Shown here: in pieces, positions 1-11,912 of the stretch | How the letters are laid out: each line of letters begins with the position of its first letter | Numbering within the stretch: the stretch's first letter is position 1 | Assembly: GCA_000934665.2 (NCBI GenBank) | Contig: KZ538641.1 | Span: forward strand, 1-57,533 | DNA length: 57,533 bases | Reading direction: 5' to 3' | Source: Catajapyx aquilonaris | Taxonomy: Eukaryota | Program-made: the position numbers and the translations under genes | Notes under the pieces: generated by a model | The model's input: only the letters and a program-made list of their open reading frames with translations | The model's database searches: none | Told to the model about the DNA's origin: nothing

Positions 1-229
1 ATTTTTCCGCCTGAGGGGGGCTTTTGCAAGGGGGTCAATTTTTAACGAGGTGCTATCTGCGATGTGAAGTTCATGGCTCAGATCTGGCCATTATTATATT
101 AGGGGGATGGTAATCTGGGGGGAGTAATCTATAGAGATTATGTGTGGATAAAAATAATGGGATTATCGCATAGAAAAGTGGGCGCAATTGCTTCATATTC
201 ATTGTTTGACTTTATGCATGTATGCATGT

Positions 230-415
230 TTTTTGCATGTATTACCTTAGAAAATAGAGGGTAAAAAGTGCCTCTTTTTTACCCTCTATTTTTTAAGGTA
301 ATACATGCAAAATTTACCTTAGAATCAATTTACCCAAGAATATTTACCCTACAATGTAAGGTAAAAAAATGGCCACTTTCTTACCCTCTCTAGAGAAGGT
401 AAATGGTTAAGAGTG
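230..415. mobile_element. Remnant of a CACTC-terminated (CMC/EnSpm-like) non-autonomous element with an internal hairpin
   Basis: Inverted arms of about 40 bp across 230-312 (tttgcatgtattaccttagaaaatagagggtaaaaag ... ctttttaccctctatt...aaggtaatacatgcaaa), TTACC subrepeats, and an end ttaagagtg at 415 matching the end at 2564. Superfamily is inferred only from the CAC terminus. Confidence 0.45.
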
Positions 416-1399
416 TATATAACTGTATATAAATTAATCACAATCTCGAATGTTTCCCAGATTGATTGTACAGAGGAACAGTAGACTGCAATAAATCTGC
501 AATAAGGAAGCTTATAATATGCCTCCGCCTTTAGCTGCTGCAGTCCTCCTTATAATGACGCGCCAAAACGCAATATGCCAAGCGAATAATCTCAACTTCG
601 ATCCGCATTTCAAACCCCCCTCCTAACAAGACTTCCTTCTCACTTGATGCCACGTTACATTTGACAGCATCATCAAGCGCACCATATAAAAAAAGAGAGA
701 GACCTCGTTGCTGCTGGAACAAACCCACCATTTTCAATTTCTCTTTCTCTTCAAATTTTTTTCCTCTCTTCAAAAAAAACCGTCCCTAACAACCGCACGA
801 ACGATGTTTTTCCACTTTACACCGAGCAACATCGCTCATCAGCGGGTGGTCCAATTGGACCAGTCGGATTTACCTTTGTTTTCCGTGGGAACGACGCGTC
901 GGGTCGCGTGCGGCGCTGCAGTCGCCTCTAATTGGGACGCCATGTTAGGTCCAAGCACAGGAAGAACCACCATATTTCTGACACATGTTTGTGTAAAATG
1001 CTCCCTCAGAAGTCGAGTATATATATGGGGGAAGCTCAATTGTTGGACCCTTTGCGTGCCGGGTTGATTCATCTTCATTTGGAGGGGGTTTTATATATAC
1101 CCCGCAGGAGGGTGAGACACGGAGGCCTCTATTACGCAATCAGTGGGTTCATAATATATATAGAGAGTGTATGGGGGGAAGCTGTGTCATTCGATCGAGA
1201 GGGGGAGGCGTTCTAATTGCATTTAAATGGACTGAAATGACCTGTGGGGGGATGGGAAGCCTTGCTCCATTTATGTGAGGCTTCACGGAATCATCCTTTT
1301 ATCTGACTGGATGATGGGTCAGATTATTTAACGCTTCATGTGTCAAAGGGGAGCGGGATAAATGATGCCTGACGTTTTATAGAAATAAGCTATAAAGGG

Positions 1400-2564
1400 T
1401 CACTCGAAGTAAATGCTATATTAAAAGTCACGCATTATTTAAAAATAATTAGAGTGAACATTTCACTCAAAAAGGAGCAATTTCGCAAAATGTTATTTTT
1501 GAGTGAATTTTCACTCGAATTTTTTGGAGCGTATTATATGTCTAGGTTTTGGTTTAACTTTTTGTTTAAATAATGCGTGACTTTATAGCTTTTATTTGTA
1601 GTGACTCAAAAAGGAGAAATTTCGAAAAATGCTCTTTTGAAGTGAATTTCACTCCGGAATGATTTACTTGAAAATTACTCGAAAGAATCGCAAAATGTTA
1701 TTTTTGAGTGAATTTTCACTCGAATTTTTTGGAGCGTATATGTCTAGGTTTTGGTTTAACTTTTTTTTTTTAAAATAATGCGTGACTTTATAGCTTTTAT
1801 TTGTATAGTGACTCAAAAAGGAGCAATTTCGAAAAATGCTCTTTTGAAGTGAATTTCACTCTGGAATGATTTACTTGAAAATTACTCGAAAAAATCGCAA
1901 AATGTTATTTTTGAGTGAATTTTCACTCGAATTTTTTGGAGAGTAGGTCTAAGGTTTTTTTAATTTTTTAAAAAATGCCTGACTTTATAGTTTTTATTTT
2001 TTGTATTGACTTAAAAATATAAGCAATTTCGCAAAATACTATTTTGAGTGAATTTCACTCCGGAAAGATTTACTTTAACTGTAAAATCGCTAGTGGAAAC
2101 TTACTCGAAAGAAGAGAAGAGTGAAGAGGAGCAATTTCGCAAAATGTTATTTTTGAGTGAATTTTCACTGGAATTTTTTGGAGAGTTACAGGTATAAGGT
2201 TCTTTAAAAAAAAATTTTTACAAAATAATGCGTGACGTATAGCGTTTATTTGTATAGTGACTCAAAAAGTAGCAATTTCGAAAAATGCTCTTTTGGAGTG
2301 AATTTCACTTCCGGAAAGATTTACTTTAACTGTAATCGAGTGGAAAATTACTCGAAAGAAGAGTGAAAATAAGTGGGAGAATTTCAGTGCGAGTAAACCT
2401 ATTTCACTTCAATTTGAGTGAAATGATTACTCATTCTGAGTGAAAAGTTTTCACTCAAGTGATCGTGTGATTTTCACTCAAATCGAGTGGGAGTCAAATC
2501 ATGTTACAGGTGGAAAAGTGAAAATCACAAATCGAGTGGAAAAACACTCGAATTTTTAAGAGTG
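1400..2564. mobile_element. Tandem-repeat-rich element (CMC/EnSpm- or foldback-like) ending in ...cactcgaatttttaagagtg
   Basis: cgcaaaatgttatttttgagtgaattttcact recurs at about 1484, 1689, 1896 and 2138 (period about 205-240 bp), with many gagtgaa/ttcactc palindromic subunits. The terminus is found inverted at 4406 and 5584. Left boundary approximate. Confidence 0.7.
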
Positions 2565-2654
2565 ATACATAGGCTATACAGTTGACTCCGGATATAACCT
2601 ATAGGATATAACGAAACGAGCTCCGCTGCGAGTAAATGATGAATAATGTACAAT

Positions 2655-2772
2655 ATTGAAAACGATAGAACGATCTGACCTCATCGTTTCTGCCATTGTT
2701 GCTTTTTTGTTGACATTGTTTACTCATATTTTTCTGTGAGAATATTTCCATGGAAACTGTGATGACGTCAGA
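2655..2772 (-). mobile_element. MITE family A, degenerate reverse-oriented copy
   Basis: Aligns by eye to the reverse complement of 4263-4403 (agaacgatctgac.tcatc ... attgttgcttttttgttgaca.tgtttactcatatt ... tggaaactgtgatgacgtcaga); inner TIR tip is missing. Confidence 0.8.
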
Positions 2773-2880
2773 ACTTGCCTTTGTGTCAACAATGGGGCGG
2801 CCATTTTTTTTGCTTCGCTCACAGCATCGCAGCAGACGAATTTCGAACGTCTTTGTGGTGGGATATCGCTGTGACAGACG

Positions 2881-4080
2881 ATGGAACCTGTCCCAGCATC
2901 AGCTGGTCACGACGAGGCATCCTTCTCAGTCCTTCCTCCTGAGCTGACCCAGCTGATCTTCTGGTACCTGTCCACCAGAGACCTTTTGGAGACAGTACCC
3001 AGAGTGTGTCGAAGATGGAGGCTGATCTGCCAGGTAGAGTTCCTCTGGAGGGACTTCAGGCTGTCGGGTATGGACGTGCCCACTGAAGTCGTTGTGGACA
3101 GGCTAGGACGCACCCCGAGACTCAAGAGGCTGACACTAAGGAAAAGGATTGACGCCAACCGTGTGCTGGACGCCGTCGCCAGGAGCTGCCCATTGCTGGA
3201 CACTCTTCAGATGGAAATGGTCCACTTCTGTCCCACTCAGGATACTGTGGACTTGTTGGTCCGGAACTGTCCTTTACTTAGGGTCGTCAACCTCAGGTCC
3301 ATCACCGGCGTGCAGGTTAGTAAGTAGTGGTGGTGATGGTGGTGATGACGACACTCTCAACACCTTGCAGATGCGGCTTTTCCCCTGCTAATCACACATT
3401 TTGTCTTGTAGGGAAAGAAGCACCTGTTGGACCACTTCTCGCGGTTCCAGAACCTGGAGTCGCTGACCCTCCATGGTCTGAGTCAGCCAGCCGCGTTTTG
3501 TGGCAGGGAGTGGACTTGCCCCAAGCTGACCTCTCTGACCCTGATGGAGATCAAGAGTCGGCACCAGGTTAGCGACACTCGTGCTCTTCTGAATAAGGCT
3601 GGACCCCAGCTGAGTTGTCTGACAGTATCGTGGTGGACCAGCAGCTGCATGTTCCCATTGCTGGTGGCCTGCTCTGGTCTGGAGCACCTGACCATCATCA
3701 ACGCCAGGATGATGCTGGACGACGGGCTGCTGGACGGCGTCGGACGACTGACCAATCTCAGGACACTGTCCATCACTGGAGCCAGCTTCGTCAGCAGGAC
3801 AGCTCTTCTGGAGATGCTGTCCAGGGCGCACGTGGTCCAGGGACTGGAGAGGCTGGAACTGGTGGAGACGCAACTGGACGACAGGTGTCTGGATGCCATC
3901 GCAATCAACTGCGTCAAGCTCCATGCTCTGGTGGTCAGCTACTCCTCCAGGTTATCAGGCGCAGGGCTGAAGAGGCTCATGCTGACCATACAGGAGGTCA
4001 AGGTTCAAGGAGCTCCATTTGCCTTCAAGAAGGAGCTGGAACATTTCGGGATCAGTTCCGGTCAGCTCAGAATTGACTAA
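2881..4080 (+). CDS. F-box/leucine-rich-repeat (FBXL-type) protein, 2 exons (2881-3315, 3412-4080), about 367 aa
   Basis: N-terminal F-box motif (LPPELTQLIFWYLSTRDLLETVPRVCRRWR) followed by FBXL-type LRRs (PRLKRLTL, CPLLDTLQM, CPLLRVVNL, CPKLTSLTL, CSGLEHLTI, LTNLRTLSI, CVKLHALVV). ORFs 2881-3327 and 3427-4080 share a frame and are joined by a phase-0, 96-nt intron 3316-3411 (CAG|GTTAGT ... ctaat ... ttgtcttgtag|GGA). Confidence 0.85.
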
Positions 4081-4262
4081 TTGTCTGACTAATGACAGTG
4101 TTGTAGTTGTTTTGGACAACAGTTGTGAATTGTTAGCAGCCGTGTATTGTTTCGCTGTTGGCTACCAGTTGTTGACATCGCTTCAGTCTTGTGTTGTAAG
4201 CCCAATTGGTATTTATATTTGTGAAACCAACATATTTATTTATTTTGGAAGCAGAACTGCTA

Positions 4263-4403
4263 ACGGAAAATGAGAGAACGATCTGACGTCATCACAGTTT
4301 CCATATGGAAGTATTCTCACAGAGAACAATATGAGTAAACAGTGTCAACAAAAAAGCAACAATCGAAGAACCGATGACGTCAGATCGTTCTCTCATTTTC
4401 CGT
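4263..4403 (+). mobile_element. MITE family A, intact copy with 31-bp TIRs
   Basis: acggaaaatgagagaacgatctgacgtcatc at 4263 and its exact reverse complement ending at 4403; further copies at 2655 and 43268. Confidence 0.85.
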
Positions 4404-4405
4404 AT

Positions 4406-4460
4406 CACTCTAAAAAATTTCGAGTGAAAAACCACTCGATTTGAGTGATTTTTCACTCTT
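4406..4460. mobile_element. Truncated CACTC terminus, inverted relative to 2510-2564
   Basis: cactctaaaaaatttcgagtg...ccactcgatttgagtgatttttcactc resembles the reverse complement of the end of the 1400-2564 element. Confidence 0.7.
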
Positions 4461-5583
4461 TATTTCTTCTACTATGAATATTAGTGAGAACCGCGGTCAG
4501 GCGGAGCTGAGAGTCACGTAGTCACACCACATTGCCGGCCACACAATCACCACAAGCGCCAAACCCATCAATATCTCCCAAGATGCGTGTCACCTTTGAT
4601 TCCTTCTGCTGACCCCCTGAAGCAATGGATGCTTCAACACGACATGGAGGACGCCCCACTGTGCCTCGGGGCCCACACACTCCTCTCTCTCTCATATAAT
4701 AAAAGACATCCCAGGTCTGCTCTTGACGGATGAGGTCTCCGATGGACTTTTGACCTGACGAAGCGGCATGGGCCACTTGAACTCGCTTGAACATAAGCAA
4801 AACTCCTTTTGGTACGGAGCCAACAACATCAGGCAACGGTGCCTTGTCTCCCCTTAGATTGATGGATGGGTTTCCTCTCACCTGAGTCAGGTAAAAGAGA
4901 GCTTGTCAGGAGCCGTAAAGGTGGCATCGGGACTGGTAATTGGGTGTCGGTCTGGTCCTAAGGAATGGGCCAGCTGGATACGACGTCACGGGAACACCTG
5001 GAAACTCTTAATTGGGACATGGCTACGGATTATGAAACACACGGTGCCGGCAATTGGACTCATCAGTGCTGGCATATCAGATTGTGCCTATGCATTACAG
5101 TAGCTGGTCAGCGTTGACCTCCTGGGCAGAGAGCATGCTGAGGTCACCCCCGCCGTCCCTCGGGTACGCGTCTCGCCACTCCATCAATTCCGGTGCCTGT
5201 ACACAGCAGGATAATGCGCCCAGCTATATATATCCCCACTGTGCAATACAACATAGACAGGCCAGCTACATCAACAAGCGCCCATTTCCGGCGCCCTGAT
5301 TGGCTGAAGCGATGCCGCCCGCCAGGCCAATTGGTGCTGTGAGTCACGCGCCGTGTTCCCACGCTGACGACGTCGGGCTTGGAAATAAAACGCACCGTCG
5401 ATTGTCGACATAACCAATCAAAATGATTATCGCTTATTGACATTCAATCAAAAATATAGCTATACTGGGAAAAAGTTGCAGGCCTCTAACTTGAAGCTGT
5501 CATGTGAGCAGTGATGCCAATGCCAATAGTAATCAAACTGTTGAAAACATGACAAAATGCAAAAACCGCAAGATTGTTTACCC

Positions 5584-5725
5584 CACTCTAAAAAATTTCG
5601 AGTGTTTTTCCACTCGATTTGAGTGATTTTCACTCTTTCTAGATTTTAATTCCTTTTGAGTGATTTCCACAGATTTGAATCGCATTCTTTTTGAGTAATT
5701 TTCACTCGATGACTTGAGTGAAAAA
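5584..5725. mobile_element. Second truncated CACTC terminus of the same family
   Basis: cactctaaaaaatttcgagtgtttttccactcgatttg ... cgatgacttgagtgaaaa aligns to the reverse complement of about 2450-2564. Confidence 0.7.
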
Positions 5726-8700
5726 TTGCAGCCTTTTTTACATTTTTCGCCAATTTTTTCGCAGGTTGCTGGAGTGAACAACCCGGCATTGTGCGTCTAT
5801 CAAAGGCAGTGTATATGAACCCTTCTAGCTCAGTCGCACATCAACTGAACCGACTCCTTCCAGACAAGATGGGCGCGCATCCGTCACCATCAACTCCTTG
5901 TGTATGCTTGTCATTATGATTTCCTTCGCATTTGATAGTCTGATGGCAGATAGTTGGCTCTCCTTGATAGGTGATGGAGCCAACAAGTTGAAGTAGCGCA
6001 TATAAGACGTGCACCCCCCCCCCCTCTCACCCTCCACCACTACCACCACCCCCCTTCCTTCTTTTTCTCAAGTGACCTCCTTGCTTGCCCCTGCCAGGCA
6101 TTCAGACCTCGTTAAGCGCAGCTGCCTGGCTAAGCTGACGTCCAAACCAACACACATCACATATAAGCAAAGAAACGGATCTTCCGGAGAGGGTGGCCAC
6201 ATGTGGCAACATTGAGGGGGGGGGGGCGGCTGCGCAAACAAAGCTGCCCTTGCTTGGATGACAGAAGCCTACAAAACTCAAGTGGACACCAAGGGAGGCC
6301 TAATTGCCAATCAGGGGCAGAAGTGGACGAAACCCACTCGTTTGTGTTGATCATTTCGGATCATTGGAGAAGATTTTTCGGAATACTATAGCCAACAAAC
6401 AAATTTTTGTAGTGTCTCCCCATACGGTCACTTCCGCCGGGTGGTTCTACTCGAGGAAACAAATGGATTTTAAGGGGGCTCAGCAGCCCATAAGTGTCTT
6501 GAGGGACAGGGTTTGATTCGTTTCCTTCTGATTTACGAAGGTCCCCAATATGGGTGCTCTTGAGCCCTTAATCCCTGACGCGGAAGGGTGCCACCTGCTC
6601 TCGGGATTCTGCTTTTCAACCCAGACTCACATTTTCCATAAGGCTTACCCACGAATATAGTCAGCATGGCTTGTGGCATGCCAGTGTTAGGTACATTGTT
6701 ATGTAAGTGCCAGTTGTTGGAATGAGTGGAGCTAGGCCTAGCCGGCGGTTGGCAAAGGGGCAAGGGCTAGCTCCACGTGGCCGAAGGTGTACTGGGTACT
6801 TGACGTCAGACACGGTGGCGGCGGTGGTGTGACAACTGCTCCTCTTCACCACTACCACTAGCAGCAGCCCCATGTAACGAAACCAATAAACAAGTGGAGC
6901 TGTTTTAAAACTTTAGCTCTGCGCTGCCTCCATCAGGCTCAATTGAGACGGACACCCCAACTCACATTCCCTGATTAATCCACGCCGGCAACTTTTAGCG
7001 AGACCTTTTAATTCCGCGGGGGCTGCCCAGGGGCCGATTTAGCCCCTGGGCACAACTAGGGGGGAGGTCGGCATATGCAATCTGCAGATTTTTGCAGTAA
7101 AGAAACGCGACGCCGACGCCGTTGACGCTGATGGATGCCAATTGGACCTCGTTGCGACCATCACCCCCGTTGGATTTACATTCCTCAGAAGCTCGGGGTT
7201 GCCAGCCGCGGAAGGAAGGACAATGACAGTGGCACCCCTGCTACTTCAGGTTGATTACTGTTGAGTTTTTGATCCGCCACACCACACACACATTCCATCA
7301 GTCATGAAAGCTCGTTTGTCACAGCGGGTCAAGTGGTGGGCCTGTGGGTCAGGCCCGTGTTTACATATCCGGTCGGAGTATCTGATGTGGGCGCCCAGAT
7401 GCAAACAGACCGTCATCAGGGACACTCGCCATGCACGCCGCCGGTTCCCAACCATATACAAATAAACAGTAAGGTGATATCGGCGCCTCTGCCAGGTCGC
7501 AACTCATTGCAGCACACCGCACCTCCAATCGGGGCTGGAGCTGGCATGTATGGTAACACGAGAGTGTTTCCACTTGTGCCCGGTGAAAGACAGAGCTTCG
7601 TTTACAAACATGGCGGTCTCCCTCGACGCCCTCTCCAAAAGAAGACACTGAACAGATTCTAGGCCACCTGCTGTTTGGCCCACACTGGATACAGTCTCGT
7701 AAAACCAGGCTTATTGGGTACTTATCACCTAACTGTCCCCCTGATTATGGCGGCCGGCCTGTAATAAGAATCAGGCTGTATGAATTTGTGAGGGCAACAG
7801 CATTGGCATCGTATGTGGGTGAGGCCAGCGGGGCTTGCCCATCCTCATCTAACTACGCCCTCTGCTGCATCCTACGCCCCGAGATGGCAATGGATTTGCA
7901 TGGCAGCAGCCGAGTCGGGCCTGGAAGAGAAGGCAGGATGTGGATGGAAGTGGGAGATAGTTGGGAGGGTGGTTAGGGAGGGAGGGAGGGGATTACATAT
8001 ACACACACATGTACCCACAACTCTCTCCTCTCCCCTCCCTCTCTGCTCTATTCTAATCCTTTCACTTAAGGTTCTGAGACCGCACCAGCGTTGCCAAGCT
8101 AGTTGAGGCACAATCATGGCTCACAAAAGCAGCTGCTGAGCTTTTTTTNGTGGGTTTTGCCACTGGAGATAAATCTGGCTGTTAAAGAATTTTGTCAATT
8201 ACTATACAGCAGGTGTTGTCATCTCCTGTGGATTCATAAGGAGTATATTACACGCACACTGTATGTACTGTAATATAAATTACATTATAAATATACACAT
8301 TTAAAAATCATGCAGGGCGACGAACCGTGCCTGGCAGGGCCACGACAAAATATAAAGAGAGAAAGGGACTCGGGTGAGGGCAATAGATTAGTATTATCTA
8401 TTACACGTAATGATCAGTGTTGTTACCGCCGTTTTACGCCCAAAATTCCCCCTAGAAGCGTACAAATTACGAAAGGGCCCTTGTGTGACCCTGGCTCCTT
8501 TTACACACTATAGAGAGGTGACTTTTCCTCCAGTGACAATGGGACGGACGCCCTGCCTTCATGGTCCTCCTGGGGATTATCTCTGGTTGCATTGTTCCAG
8601 GCTGGCACACAGAAGCTGCTGGGGGTCTTCCTCCCTCGTCCCGGATTTATTTACGAACCCCCCCCCCCTGGACCCCCCTCTGTTGGTCACCACTCTTTTG

Positions 8701-10272
8701 GAGGTGACCCCCTCGCAGAAACAATCCTCCTGGGAATCCCTATCGCCCTCCCTCAAAAACTCGGAAGCGAAGCAGCAGAAGTGTCCCCCCCCCCTCCTCT
8801 AATTAAAAGCAAAGTGTCTTGTGTCCGGAAAAGAAGTTGGTCAGCGGGTGGCCCCCGTCCAGTTTTACGACCCCCATCCATCGGACCCTCCAGGTCGCCG
8901 TCCAGTTTGGCAAGAAGAAGAAGAGGAGGAGGCTGTAAAGCCATCACGAGCAGGCGAGGCAGACCCGGCTCAAGCTGATGGAGTGACGGATCGCTTGACC
9001 ACCTTTTATGCCTCCTCAACACCGGTGGCGTTGGACCCCCGTGACACTGGCCCATGACTTATTTACAATCCCTGCCACGCCTCGTCCCTTCTTTTCAACT
9101 AGCCAGCTGCAGGGTGACAACGGTGCTGCGACCTTCCTGGAACATCGCCTAACACACTGCACATTTATATGATCTTCAGTTATAAAATGTGGGTAAGGGT
9201 GGATCGGTTCCGGATACGGTCTACTTCAGCAATGTCCAGTGCTGGCCACAAAGCAGCTTAAAACATATATATGACACAAGGCCGGCCTTCAAGATGCTGA
9301 TTATTAATGGCAGGCCTTGGTTAAGGTCAGTTAATTGGTTAATATGCGTCTGGTTGGATGGTTCGCCAACGGGGCGAGAACAGACAGAACTGGCCGCTCC
9401 CGAAATAAATAAGAGCATAAACACATCCTCTTAATATGATGCCCACCAATTAAGGACCATGATGAACCTTCACCCGCTTTTCTGGGTCCAACAACTGAGA
9501 TATACACCGCTTAGAATGATGATGCATTATCTCGTTTTATGTAACGCACATTGCTCCAGTGTACATATAGGACCAGCCATCAAGTGCGTGCTGGTGAAGC
9601 AGCAATTACTTGTTGACACCCCCTGTGTTGTGGTCAACACGCTTCAGTTTAATTTGAAACAACTCCTTTTCAAGTATGGTTCCGTTGTTTCTCTAATATT
9701 AGGCCATTTTTACTCTATAATACCACATGGTTGTCTCACCCTCACGTAAAAAAGTACACAGCATTACATAATAGCCGCAATCCATTATACTGTGCACATA
9801 TTTGCAACCTTATGTATTTTCCATAGCAATTTCGAGCACTTCCCCCCATCATGATGTGCGCGGTGTGAAAGGCTCCAGCTGTCCAACATGAGAGACATCT
9901 TCTGTGGAAATGTCAACAAAGAGACGCCAATGAAATTACAAAGGTGCTTACGACGCTCAGGAATATTGAACTGTACGACACCGCCTTTTACCTTGACGAT
10001 GAAGTTACGCAGATGAAAAGGCGGGACTTGTCAACTACTGGGGGGCTTCATCCACAAAACCCCCAGTCGACAAGTGACACCATTTCTAATAATCGTGTTA
10101 ATGAGATGTACTTGCTATAGTTGCCGTTAAGTATTTTCTTCAGGTACCGGTACAGAAAAGTGTGAAATATTCTGAAGTTGGTTCTGGCTGTCACGTAGTG
10201 GCCCAGCACGAGCCTCTAAAAACCCCCCTGGTAATTAAGCTGTCGGGCCAGTATTTAATTAACCATCACCTG

Positions 10273-10279
10273 TATATAA
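10273..10279 (+). promoter_or_regulatory. Candidate TATA box of FoxG
   Basis: TATATAA about 220 bp upstream of ATG 10497, just after two TAATTAA homeodomain-type sites. Motif match only. Confidence 0.35.
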
Positions 10280-10496
10280 CGAGAGTGGCGGCATGCTCCA
10301 AGTTGATTCCAGTGGGTTGGTCCAGGCTCCGGATTGGTCCATGGTTGGGGGCTGAGGGGCGCGGTTTGGGCGACCAATGGTGTGTTGTTCCCAGAGGCAG
10401 TCCCATCCGACGGGTGGTGTGGCCCCAAACAGTGTGGCCTGGCGCTTCATCGGGCTTGGACACGGATCGGTTTTTGTGCAGGCTGTCCATGACACC

Positions 10497-11597
10497 ATGG
10501 TGAAGTGCGAGGCGCCGGCGCCACTTGAGACCATGGCTCGCACACCGCTGAGATCCTCCTTCACCATCAGCGCTATCCTGCCCGAAACAGCGTCGTCACC
10601 TGAGCCAGCCCGAAGACCGCTGACACCCCCACACGACACGACGGACGAAGACAGCGATGAAGAGCTGAACGTGACTGACGACGATGATGAGCTGGTCGAC
10701 GGCGTGCCGGTCAACCTATCGCTATCTCGTGACCGTACTGATGAGAAGAAGCCGCAGCCGCCGCAAGAACCGGCTGCGACATCCAGCAGCAGACCACCGC
10801 AGCCAACGCAGCATGAGAAGCCGCCGTACAGCTACAACGCGCTGATCATGATGGCCATCCGACAGTCACCAGAGAAGCGCCTGACTCTGAACGGTATCTA
10901 CGAGTTCATCATGAAGAACTTTCCGTACTACCGTGAGAACAAGCAGGGTTGGCAGAACTCGATCCGACACAACCTGAGTCTCAACAAGTGTTTCGTCAAG
11001 GTGCCAAGGCACTACGACGATCCAGGGAAGGGCAACTACTGGATGCTGGATCCGTCTTCTGAGGACGTGTTCATCGGTGGTACCACAGGGAAGCTGCGAC
11101 GACGGTCAACGGCTGCGTCCAGGTCCAGGTTAGCCGCGTTCAAACGGCACCTTGCGTTGCCGTACCCTCCTGGCGCTATGGCATACCCAACCTGGCCTTT
11201 AGCTCTCCCAACCCCGTTGTACCCGACCACTCTGTACCGGTATGGCGCTAGCCCGTACTATCCCGGACTTCTGGCACCTCCACCGCCTCCTCCGTCGCCA
11301 GCACCGGCGACGTCCTTACCCAAACCGACACCGACGCACCACGCCTTCTCTGTCGAACGCCTTATCGGACCAGAGAGCTACCTCAGGGCCGGACTGGGTG
11401 TTGGACTCACCTCGGCGTACCTGCTACCACCACACGTACCGCCAGGTCAGCACTTCGATCCGTACCCGGTATCGCTCCGTAGCACCACATCCGCCACCAC
11501 CACATCATCATCCACTCCGACGACGACGTCCAGCGGTACCGATGCGTCTCCATCGCTGTTCCGGCCAGTTGCGGTGGTTGCAGCCAGACCCAGCTAA
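10497..11597 (+). CDS. FoxG: Forkhead box G / sloppy-paired transcription factor, intronless, about 366 aa (406 aa if upstream ATG 10377 is used)
   Basis: Forkhead domain at about 10815-11105 ([80 protein letters not shown]) followed by the FoxG-diagnostic [15 protein letters not shown]-terminal eh1 motif FTISAIL. ATG 10497 is in a strong context (CACCATGG). The start codon is not certain. Confidence 0.96.
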   Translation: MVKCEAPAPLETMARTPLRSSFTISAILPETASSPEPARRPLTPPHDTTDEDSDEELNVTDDDDELVDGVPVNLSLSRDRTDEKKPQPPQEPAATSSSRPPQPTQHEKPPYSYNALIMMAIRQSPEKRLTLNGIYEFIMKNFPYYRENKQGWQNSIRHNLSLNKCFVKVPRHYDDPGKGNYWMLDPSSEDVFIGGTTGKLRRRSTAASRSRLAAFKRHLALPYPPGAMAYPTWPLALPTPLYPTTLYRYGASPYYPGLLAPPPPPPSPAPATSLPKPTPTHHAFSVERLIGPESYLRAGLGVGLTSAYLLPPHVPPGQHFDPYPVSLRSTTSATTTSSSTPTTTSSGTDASPSLFRPVAVVAARPS

Positions 11598-11906
11598 AAG
11601 TGAAAAAAAATAAGGTGACCATTTGAACAGTTTCGGACAATGCATGGACTTGTGTATATTTGCATGCCGGAAGATGCGTGTGTATATAATTTACAAAAAA
11701 AATAATTGCAAGATTATACTTAATCGCTCTGTGGTTGTGCGATCATGTTCTTACCCCCTGCGACTGTCACGTTGTTGTCATTGTGTATAGCATATTGCAT
11801 AGACTGCTCTCTCGACTTTAAGAATATATATATTTAAAAAAATTATAATTATATATTAGTAGTGTTCCCTCCAAGTATGTGTCGCAGTGATGTACAGTCC
11901 GCCAGG

Positions 11907-11912
11907 AATAAA
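11907..11912 (+). terminator. Candidate polyadenylation signal of FoxG
   Basis: AATAAA about 310 nt after the stop codon, following an AT/TG-rich 3'UTR-like stretch. Confidence 0.4.

Noticed and set aside
1484..2330. Regularly spaced repeats as a CRISPR or RNA-gene array
   Set aside because: The intervening sequence is itself repeated, so this is a tandem repeat of about 205-240 bp within a transposon-like element.
3388..3924. Antisense and alternate-frame ORFs over the F-box gene (likewise 10259-10714, 45324-45920, 48395-48772)
   Set aside because: Shadow ORFs expected opposite real coding sequence; no independent domain signal.
8410..9057. Overlapping 78-130 aa ORFs upstream of FoxG
   Set aside because: Low-complexity Pro/Glu/Arg translations of GC-rich DNA with no family resemblance. 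A non-coding or lineage-specific transcript cannot be excluded.
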